Shown here: piece by piece, positions 1 through 9,800 of the stretch
Numbering within the stretch: the first letter of the stretch is position 1
How the letters are laid out: each line of letters starts with the position of its first letter
Source of the DNA: Perkinsus chesapeaki ATCC PRA-425
Lineage: Eukaryota > Protista > Perkinsozoa
Direction of reading: 5' to 3'
Length of the DNA: 43,208 bases
Assembly: GCA_013115145.1 (NCBI GenBank)
Contig: JAAPAO010000283.1
Coordinates: 1 to 43,208 of the forward strand
The notes under the pieces: generated by a model
What the model was told of the DNA's origin: nothing
What the model saw: the letters and a program-made list of their open reading frames with translations, nothing else
Database searches by the model: none
Program-made: the position numbers and the translations under genes

Positions 1-59
1 ATACTTCATGTGAGACGAGCCTGGAGCCCCTGTAGTATAGTGAGTCACTATTGGTGACC

Positions 60-2165
60 GCTAGTGGCTGGAAGTAGACCCCGTCAACTGGCCCTTGAAG
101 GCCGCAGGACTCTACTTTCCTCGGTTGAATGAGAATGAGCACATTCTAGGGGTGCATCACGAGAATAATGTTGCCGCTATCAGGTACTTCGAACCAGATG
201 AAGAGGCAAGCATTCCGATCCTCCAGCATATAACTAAGAGACTCCATCGAATTGCTAGGATTCCCGATCGGTTTGGAGAAGGCATTATTATTGAGCGAGT
301 GCGTGGGACATATGCTACGTATGCTGGAGCAATCGTCTCCCAAACCACTATTCTTTTTGCAAGGTCACCTTTATTTTACAACGAGTACAGCACTGACGAT
401 AACAGTCCTCGAATAGCCGGAATGTCGGTTTTTTTAAGCCATGTGGGTCCCCTTTGGAGAGTGCCTTTAGCTACTCGGTGGCCAGCCCCTATCTCCAAAT
501 CGCGGTGGTGACACGGTCTACCCGCTGGGGCACATTACAGAGTGTTTAGCGGAAGATATGTGAGGCTTGCTCGACTTTCTACAATTATCTGTACAGGCGA
601 GAGTTTAGGCCTTGTTGCCATTCACGAATTTTCGGGCCACTTCGCATACCGCCGAAGCTTGGGAGGGGTATCTTGCAGTACAACACCGAGCTCGACGGAA
701 CTTCTTCAAAAGGCACTGTACGCCTTATCCTTCTTTATTTTTGTCGCCCTATCGTGGGGTTCAGGAAGTTGGCGATTGTCCACTATCTTCACCCGATGAT
801 GATATGTGGCTCCTACATCGCTACTTCCGAGCGAGCCCCTACTACAACGTATAGTCCTAAGGCATGAGACATACTAGCACACTTGCAGGTCCTCGGGGCG
901 ATGGATCCTCGTCACGATGGGCTTCCCTCGTCTGGTGGCTCTGAAGCAGCTGCTGGTGATTGGAGAGTTATCAGTCAATATCGGCCCCGGATATACGTAG
1001 GGTCATCGATTTCCACGCCAATTAAAATGTGAATACAGATGACTGATAATTTCCTCACACCAGAAGAGTGTCAGCATCTAATTGGGTTGGCGGAGAACAA
1101 TCTCACTTTGGGGCGTATAGGCGGCGGTGGAGGCGGCGTAGCTGATGACGACATACGGAGTAGTTGGCAGTATGTACCCGGGAGGAGGCCCGCACTGCAC
1201 TTGTCGGTCGTCGCCCGCTTGCTTGTGGGCAATAATCCATCTGTTACTCGAGGCACTGATTACTGTGCGAGATATGTTCAGGTTTTACACCGGTGCTAAT
1301 GACAGTCTGACGGATATGACATTGAGAGCAATCCTGAAGCGCTTCCAGCGCGCCGCAAGGATACCGGATAAGTTTGGAGAAACCCTTCAAATTGGAAGAT
1401 ATGAGAAAGGGCAAAAGTAGGGTGACCTTGGATGACCCGAGTTTGTTGGAATGGTTGCCTCCCGTAGATACGAAATTCATCATGACAGCACACCGGGGCG
1501 CGGCTCGGCAATGTGGCGGCCAGCTACTATCATTGTGTATCTCTCCGACGTCGAGGAAGGCGGACACACTATCTTCATACCGTATGTGTTCAAGATCGAT
1601 TACCTGCAAGTTGCTAGTTTAGGTTTAACGATGAGCGGTGTCGGCCTTTGTCGCTTTGTTGTCAAAAAGATGAGGTGCAAGGGACAATAAGAATCCCTCC
1701 TAAACTGGGGAGGGCTGTCTTGTTCTATAGCTACGATCTGGAAGGGAGGCATGATCCAGCCAGCCGCCATGCAGCATGCCCGGTGATCAAAGGTAAGATC
1801 TTATCATCCGTGTGATGATATAGGTATCATCAAGTGTAAATTGCATTCCAGGAACCAAGTGGATCACACAGCGATGGTTTCAAGGCACTGATTTCGAGGA
1901 TCGAGTGCATGAGCTAGATCCCAGGTATGTCAGGGAAAGAAGGAATTCGATCCCCGTCCGCGGAACAGTATCAGTTTTCGGGTATATGAAGTGATCTAAG
2001 GATGGGTATGGGGGTCGTATACAGGTTGAACTCCGGGCCGCTCATGTTTGTTCTGCTATCAGTAGATCTTCCATCATAGCTGTGGTTACCCTCAGACATG
2101 ACGGCTTACCCGGAATGACAGACAGCGAACTGAGGGATTGGGACATGGAGCATGTCAGAACTTGA
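60..2165 (+). CDS. Prolyl 4-hydroxylase (2OG-Fe(II) dioxygenase) with two tandem P4H domains, the first degenerate; 5' end probably outside the window
   Basis: Domain 2 after splicing: PRIY|MTDNFLTPEECQHLI...GETLQIGRYEKGQK|YEIHHDS...RPATIIVYLSDVEEGGHTIF...PPKLGRAVLFY...DPASRHAACPVIKG|TKWITQRWF. This has the intact HxD...H...K signature. Domain 1 (95-848) is homologous (RIARIPDRFGE, RIAGMSVFLSH, GGDTVYP, RIPPKLGRGILQY, GDCPLS). Last exon is 2096-2165. Confidence 0.88.
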
Positions 2166-2886
2166 TTCAGAAGTTTTCTAGTGCTACGGCGTTTAGTTAG
2201 TTGAGATGGAACGTCCATAAATCCGGCAGACATGCCGCGCAGAGCTAATGACGTGAGTTCTTTTAAGAACTGGTTCTAAGTTAGACGGTCTAACTTAGAC
2301 CGCTGATTTCAAACTACAGGGTCTTTGTCTTCGTCTCCCTTTGATCACACACGAACGACATTTTGTTGGAATAGAGCCTCGATTCAACTAAGCATCAGAA
2401 CAGTGTATCGTAGTACTTGTTGTGAACACAGATGGTCGATAGTACGATAATCTGCTAAGGTTATACGGTCTGCTTGCTGCCAAATTATCAGTCTACTACG
2501 GAAGTGTTAGCTCAACCTATGATACTACCGATTAATTCACGTACCTACTGTCTATTTGCAACGGCGGAGTAGTTTCACCGCAGATTCAACCTTGCAACAC
2601 AAGGTAATCTTGGCAAGATTCACACTAGCGGATATCGTGGCCAAAGACTACCGATATGCGGTGATAGGTTCACAGTACGACAGTGCATGAAGGTGCTAAG
2701 ATACGCGCACTAGCTCTTTCGTGCACGATCACACATTGAGTTACACTCGGAAGAAGCGCAACAAGCCCCAAAGGGAAGGAGCCCCCATACAAATCCAAGG
2801 CAGTCACTCCAACCCAGCTCTGACTATCAACGTGGTGAATGGTAGAATCATCGCATGCACAATATACTTGGATACCTCGCTCTAGT

Positions 2887-5800
2887 TTAAAGGTCGTCCG
2901 GTTGCATTGAAGTACCGCATACGCTCCTGAGTAGTGCGAGCTTGACGGCACGAGTCCAACTCTCGTACACACCATCAAACTGTCCATATCCTCGTTGAGC
3001 TGCAATAGTCGCTGCTCCTGGCCATTCGCGTGTTGCCTTGAGCGGAAATCAATCGCATAACCTGAACTCAGTGCAGGAGACCCGATATACTTAAGTGCCA
3101 ACCTCGCTTTCGATACTCCTCGACCTCTGCTCGGAGTTCGAACAACTCGATCAGTGCCCGATCGTGCTCTTCCTCGAGCTCATCGTATCTGCGTGCTTTT
3201 ATCTACAGTGATTTTCTGTATCTCAGTACGCCTCGACGAGCTTCCAATAGCTGGCTGAAGTTTTCTTTTTTTCCGGTAGACCTCCTGAGTTTTCTTGAGT
3301 ACTCTGAGAAATGGCTCTAGCACTATGTAATGCTTCCTTTTCCTCTGCCGAAGGGTAGGCCAGCTCCTTGGTTGAACGAGAATCCCGCCCAACATAAAAT
3401 AAATTGACGCCCGTATAGTCGTGAAGGTCTGTCCCGGTGGCACTCTGGCCTGGGGCCTGATCAAAGTTAGGTGTTCACTTGCCCGGCAAGGGTCCAGCAA
3501 TACGGCCGGTTGAGCAATCGGAGTTAGGGGAAAGATTCCAGACTCATCAGAATAGCCTAACTTTAATAGCTCTTCGCGGACCTAACGGAGGGGTTCAGTT
3601 CCCGCAGGGTCCCGGAAAACTCGTACATCGTGGGTTATGACAAGGTGGCCAGACTGAGCTACTTGGGCGACGGCCACCGCACAGTTCACTGTTTCCCCAC
3701 TGAGCACATATCTAGCAGCATGGCTTGCAAACACCGTGGAGCGTTTAAACCACCTGGGATTCATGGCCGCGATTACCATTCCGTGGGCTGGACCACAGTG
3801 CATGCTCATGCGCAGAGTGAAAAAGTCTTTATGTGTCACTAATGCCTCACCGAGCACACTTTGGCCAAACCTAGTTACCGTGTGATAGCACGGCTACAGA
3901 ATCACAGGGCTTTCACCTAAGCATCCTCTCAACATGTTCGTGCTTCCGGGGGGTCCTGTGTTGGAGAGGTGTGCTCGAAGGATCGTCGATGCCTCCAGCA
4001 GCAAGAAACGTGAGGTTTTGGACAAATGGAGTTGTATAGAGCTGATATTCCCGAGCCTTGACAGATTTCCCTTGTACGGGGCAATAGAGCCACTGAGGTT
4101 TAGGACCTCTTGCTGGATGAAGTTGTATAGGTCATTGACAGCGGCCGTGAAGTCGTATGATTCCTTTTGGGAAGTCTGTGTTGCTGTGATACATATGACC
4201 ATAACCTAAGGATTCAGTAATTCTTGCACCGTACGAGTAAGGGCCAACTTACTGATACCATCGGGTACGCTTGAGTCACGTTATCTTCTCCCTCTTCGAT
4301 ACGGTCACAGATAGAGCTCGGCAGGGATTTTCTCATAAAGTCAAGCCGAGTCTGGGCCTAATTTTTGGACTATGCCGAAACAGATAGAGCACGCTTAGCT
4401 ACTTCTGCGGCCGAAGCTGATAGCTGATGCAAGGCAAACATGCATTCTAATCTGGACAGCAACTGAAACTTGTCGAAAGGCTTGTAAATGAAGTCATTAG
4501 CCCTGCGAGGAACAGAAATATAGTACTCCAGAGCAAGTCGGAGGGCACCACCTGGCTTCAACTGCATCTCGCAGGATCTCACTGCTCTTCCTCGTAGACA
4601 TGCAAAGTATCAGAAGTTTATGCGAAAACCCTTCTCGAAGCTTTTTGATATACCTGACTTACTCTGGAAATCGATTACTAGTTCGTATTACTCGCAGCCA
4701 GCTTTGTCCCCTCTGACGTCCGTATCGACCATGACCAAATCGGGTACCTGAGAGCCGGCCTATACCAACACTCTACATGAGAGCCGACTAGCCGATGGGT
4801 CTGCAACCATTGGTCAGCGGCGTTGGTGGTAGACGCTTGATGAAAAAACCTAAAAATGCCTGAAATAGCTTTCACATTGTCTTGAAGGCTACCATTTATC
4901 TTCTGCGAGTTCGGGGAGATTTTCCAAGATGGCTAGAGTCATTGGATCCTCGTCAACCAGTAGAATATGCCTAGTCTCAGCATGCTGCGACGTATGCTTT
5001 GCTACAGTTCGAGCCGACAGCTGAAGCGCGAGCAGAATCTCCACATGGGTCTTGAGATTGATTTGAGCAGCTTTCAGAGAGATTTTTTTCATTGTCTTGA
5101 GATAATGAACGCATCATTTCTGTCTCCCGATTGTGTATTTCAAGCTCGGCAGACCTGGAGGCAAACCTTGTCTTGGCGCTGTGCAGCCTCGAGCGCCCGC
5201 TTGGCTTGAATTGACGCTGCAGCATCTGCATCTCTTCTGCTGGTTGGTAGACTAATAGTGACGCTGGTACCAAGTCCCTTACCTGGAAGAATAACCGACC
5301 CATCATCATGACGATGATGATCATGGACCACGTCAATATCGCTACCGGTACTCTCAATATGAAACCTTCCACCATGCGCTTTAACAATCCTTTCGACTAA
5401 TGCTAGTCCGAGGCCTATATGAAAGACTTGCAACCTTCAAGTCATTGATATCCACGTACCTAGCCCTTCATACTGTCTTAGCGCATGATCCTCCTCGCCC
5501 TGCTCGAACGGGTGAAGGATGCGGGCAAGGTGCTCCTCTTCTATGCCACAGCCCGTATCAGAAACCTTAGTACCGAAACGTCGGCAAAGCAAAGAGCTTG
5601 AACATACTCGGAAGAATGCGAAGCGGTCTGGCAGCTCCGGATCGACCATGTCGTGAACGGGGTCATGAGGATCGTCGAAATCGGGAACATGCACCTAAGA
5701 CCGATTGATGCGTTTCGGGGCGATGAACTTTCACACTCGGATCGTTCCTTCGTTCGTGAACTTGCACGCATTGCCAAGTACGTGCGACATCACTAGTTTG

Positions 5801-7290
5801 AACTTCTCGATATCAACCCAGACAACCGGAGGATAATCGAGATTGGTTGGGCACTCTTGCACCAAGGAGACCGCTGAAAAGGTTGTTGAAGTGCCAGCTG
5901 ATATCAGGTCACCGTGCCTGGTTTCAGCAAGGGTCGACCGCTCTTATCACAAGCCGTTTTTTGGGCGTGAACGGCCTCCTCGAGTGCATTGTAGAGATCA
6001 ACTGCTCGGGTTCTACATGAACAATCTTCCAGAAGCGCTGAAACTACAGCTTGTACTTCAGGCGCGAATCTTGAGCGAGCATCTTAGACATCTCGGTCAC
6101 GTCCTTGAATACTTCAAGGAGCCTCTTGGCCGACCCTGTCGACACCGTGCACTCTCTTGGAGACATGGAATGTGACACACCTTTCACGAGTTCCAAGTGC
6201 CTCTTGCGACCTGGGTTCGATTCACTTCCAGCTAGCGCATCTGCCAGGCCTATAATAGAAGAGACGGTTTCGCGCGAAAAACACAGTGGTCACCTATTAT
6301 GCCATTTATAGGTGTTCGTAATTCATGGGAGATATTTGCCAGCAGCGTCTCTTTTCTTATCTCATTTAGCTTCCTCTCGGATGTATCCTTCAGGATGAAT
6401 ACGATAAATACGGGCTCACGATCCTCATCTAGTTCTACTTAGCAAGATCAGCTTCCGGCAAACGCTTATGAGCCTACCAGCATGCCCATCATTTCTAACC
6501 TTCATCTCTAAGGTCCTGGACCACGAAAACGTGCGTCCCTCCTGTGTTTCGGGGGCGGATGCTGTCGGAGGGCGAATAAGTTGAGATAGAGCGAAGAGTC
6601 GTCCTTGTACTTCAATTGGAAACGTATGGCCTTGGCGGTGTATCCCATACGCCTGTGGATTAAAGGCAAACATGTTTGAGGATTCACTGGTATTCAGCCA
6701 CAAAAAAATCTTATGAAAGGATGGGCCTACGGACCTGCCTGCACTGCAATCAAGGTAGGCTTTTAGAAATGTTGCATGCGCGTGCATAAGCTGCACTTTG
6801 TTTTAGGACACTCACTTACCTCACGAAAGTGGATGAAGTCGGCCGGCCAAAACCCGTTCTTTTCCTTGCACCGCGCCATGCGTGCAATGAAACGTTCCAG
6901 CTGCGGCATGTGTAGTTCCTGGCTCTCTGGGGCCATGAAAATAGACATCTTCGAAGAGCTTAAGCTGGAGCGAACGGTACTCGGGCCTATTACTCCGAGT
7001 CTGTCGTCTTACTGTGTGTGGTCGAAGCCGAAAAGCTGCACTGTGGCCTGATTTGCTGCGACGATTTCACCCTCCAGATTGGTGATAACCATCGGGTCCA
7101 GCACGCACTCTGTAACTGCTATGAGAGTGAGGGCCGGCCCTTGCTGCGCGGCGGCAACTTGGCTGAGACGTCGCACTCTGCGAAGATGTAAGAATACTTT
7201 GCACTTTCCTTAAGGCGATTACCCTATTGCTGGCGGTTTCTCATCTCGCTGTCTAGGGTTCCTCGGGATAGAGTCTGTTGTATCGCTCAT
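2887..7290 (-). CDS. Soluble hybrid histidine kinase: PAS - HisKA - HATPase_c - REC - degenerate class III nucleotide cyclase - coiled coil
   Basis: Spliced translation gives PAS (DPMVITNLEGEIVAANQATVQLFGF...SIFMAPESQELH...FRE|AYGIHRQGHTFPIEV...VFIVFILKDTSER) and H-box SHELRTPINGIIG (His codon 6325-6327). It continues with N-box LGNACKFT, G1 DTGCGI, F-box PFEQ, G2 GLG|LGL, and receiver ILLVDEDP...PDLVMVD...ILCMST...GANDFIYKPF. Then SLPSSICDRIEEG...YPMVS|VMVIC...LRMSMHCGP...NPR|YVLSGETVN and a coiled coil YDELEEEHDRALIELFELRAEVEEY. Stop codon at 2887-2889. No transmembrane segment seen. Confidence 0.9.
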
Positions 7291-7668
7291 TTCGCATAAA
7301 AAGACAAACCGGCTGCGTGACCCAGAATGAAGGCTTGTTGGCTAAAGCACATCGGTCATCACACAAAGTCTGTCCCGTTAAGGAAGGGCAAGATAGGCGT
7401 GTGTCAGACAATATAGAATGCATTGTGCTTAAGCGTAGATTAAACGATGTTGAGCTACACGCTCAGCCGCGAGAAGCGGAACGTCTGTCTTTGCCTCGTC
7501 CACTAGGCAAGTCAAAATACTCTACAGTGGAGAGCAGTAATACCTGCTGTAGAGCAAGATGCTATACCAATAGCTCCCTCTGATTCAGTTAAGGAATGTA
7601 TCAGTTGTGTTAGATCAATTAACCGGAGTCTCAAGGATAGAAGGTCGAATGAACCTTAGCCGGCTTTC

Positions 7669-8040
7669 TCACGGCTCGTTACCAGAGGAAAGAACTACAA
7701 CCTCATCATATAAACCTCTACAACAGGATGATGAAATACACTGGGGCCAGCGAGCCTTACTGCAGCAGGAGCAAATAAAAGGCATTATACGGCCGCATGA
7801 TGCGGCTGGTATCACACCCACGGATGACGACATCTTTACGAAGTGTCCGCTACTAGTTGTAATTTGACTTTGCAATCCTTTCTGTATCATGAGAATGGTA
7901 ACTCTGATTTTAGAATTTTCGAACTGCAATTCTTGCGATAAAACTTCTCGAATGGCTTTGGCCACGTGAAGAATAAAAGAGTCTGCAGTGTTGACACTTG
8001 TGACGTACAATTGGCAAGGAATGTCTAGATTGGTCGCCAA
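7669..8040 (-). CDS. Possible small hypothetical protein; exon structure unresolved
   Basis: 123-aa ORF, with a plausible GT-AG intron near 7730-7770 joining RIMRPYNAFYLLLLQ to GLYDEVVVLSSGNEP*. No recognisable motif. Confidence 0.25.
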   Translation of the reverse strand: MATNLDIPCQLYVTSVNTADSFILHVAKAIREVLSQELQFENSKIRVTILMIQKGLQSQITTSSGHFVKMSSSVGVIPAASCGRIMPFICSCCSKARWPQCISSSCCRGLYDEVVVLSSGNEP

Positions 8041-8169
8041 GGCGCATCTTTAGGATCTGAAGTTCAGACTTGTTGCAAGCACGAATGAAGCTCAACAATC
8101 CTTTATGCCAGAAATCAGGGTTACTATTCGATCCAACATACACAACATGCGACTCACGCCATCAGTGCG

Positions 8170-9662
8170 TCATCCAGATTTCCCGCCATCTGAGCAGAAG
8201 AGTGTATCAATTCTAGGTCGTATGTGCTTAGACAGCTGTCTAGACACGAGTAGTAAGCGGCGGATACCTACCTGGTATGCTGGGAAGATGAGTCCCATGT
8301 TGCGCTTTGCCATGGTCATGAACTGCTCGTATGATATCTTAACGCTGGCTGGGTCGCTCTTACTAAGCCCTGAAACATCGTTAGGTGTGACAAGCAATGA
8401 CTGAGGAGCACCCCTTCACCCATTGACTCTAATATTGTGTTGGCCTTTTCTTGAATGACACCCGGGGCTGCATCTGGGAAGTTGGCACTGACCAGGAGTT
8501 CAACAGCTCAAGAGCAAAAACTCGGTACCGTAGGATATTGAGGAGTTCGGAGTGATCGATGAAACCGGACTGATCTTCATCGAACATCAAAAACGCAAAC
8601 TGCAGCTTGCTGATCTGGTTGCTTCCAGTGTAATTAGACAAGCCAACCTGGAAAGGAGGCTTTGTCTCTAGACATCAGCTCGGTGGATACGATGAACTCT
8701 TTAAGCTCAATAGAGCCGCTTTTATCGGCATCGAATACGTCAAACATTCGCTTCATGAGGTAGGAGTCCTTCTGCTCCATCACGGCAAGGAATCTGCGTT
8801 AGGCGCCTTCCCTTCATTTCCCGCGCTTTCTCATGTTTACTCGGGATATTCGATTCTACCAGAGCCGTCCTGGTCAACAGCTTGGAATTTCTTGTACACC
8901 TTTTTGATGTAAGCTGGTTTGAGCTTGGTTCCACCAGTGAAGCCTTCCATTATCCTAATAGGTTAATCACCACATCCGATCAAAGTGGTATACTTAGTCA
9001 TGCTATCTAGTCCTTGGGACCCGGCAGTGGGACTGACACCTGAGCCCTCTCTCACAGTGCTGCACAGATTCTACGAGGCTCACCGCCGGCGATGGCACCA
9101 CTTGAAGCTTTCGGTGGTTTCGGTCCAGGGCCTTTTCTTTCAAAGTCTATGTTGTGCGGATCCTCGCTGAATAGGGCGCGGAAAGCTGGAAAGGATGCCT
9201 GACAGATGCTCGAGGCAAGCAGTTCTTTGTTGGAAGTGACCTGGCCATCTCCGTCAGGGTCGCACATCGCTATCATTTCGTCAATTTCAGCATCGGTGGC
9301 GCTCTCTCCAATGAGAGAGAGGACATGACGGAGTTCGCTGGCGCCAACCTAAAAAGGCTTGGACAATGCCAGCTTTGCTCTCTCCCACATAGCCATTTCT
9401 GTCGAGATCGAATGAGTCAAACGCTGCTTTGATTTCATCATCTGCGTAGGTCATATGCTCGGCAGCTACCTGCAAATGCAAGGGCCTTCTTCAACGTTTC
9501 GTGACCATCATTTCGCTTTAGGAACCGGAAGACAAGCCAAAGTGATTGAATCGATTGTGTGACCTTGGCTGCTGGTTTGTGTGGCTTGTCTCGAATAGCC
9601 GTCACGGCACCCGGCAATGATACTACTCCGTTTACCGACTGCTGCACGCTTTCTTCTGCCAT
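8170..9662 (-). CDS. Multi-EF-hand calcium-binding protein (5-6 EF hands; calmodulin-like pair plus calcineurin-B-like lobe)
   Basis: Loops DLDRNGY|VGASE, DPDGDGQ|[29 protein letters not shown] and [12 protein letters not shown], plus a degenerate final hand (ISYEQF). Linker [15 protein letters not shown] is calmodulin-like. Confidence 0.85.
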
Positions 9663-9800
9663 TCCCCGAACGGATGACTTAGGGTCCCTAAGTTAAGGAG
9701 GGTTGCGCCCTTTCGAGAGATCGTTTGCGTCACTCGCAACAAAACAGGTAATTAAGCTCAGAGTAACATCGGTGGTAACTGGTAGTACAGGAGGGGCATG

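Noticed and set aside
1940-2045. Weak T-loop-like strings (ATTCGATCCCCG; CAGGTTGAACTCCGGG) in the last P4H intron
   Set aside because: They lack the invariant G53 or C56 and good stems. Too weak to count as a fourth tRNA-like intron.
4370-4372. Apparent stop codon ending the kinase after the receiver domain
   Set aside because: It falls inside the predicted intron 4402-4358. The downstream exon continues with a cyclase-linker motif.
6211-6225. GGGTTCGATTC, a tRNA B-box-like motif
   Set aside because: It lies in kinase coding sequence on the opposite strand, with no stem, A box or T-run.
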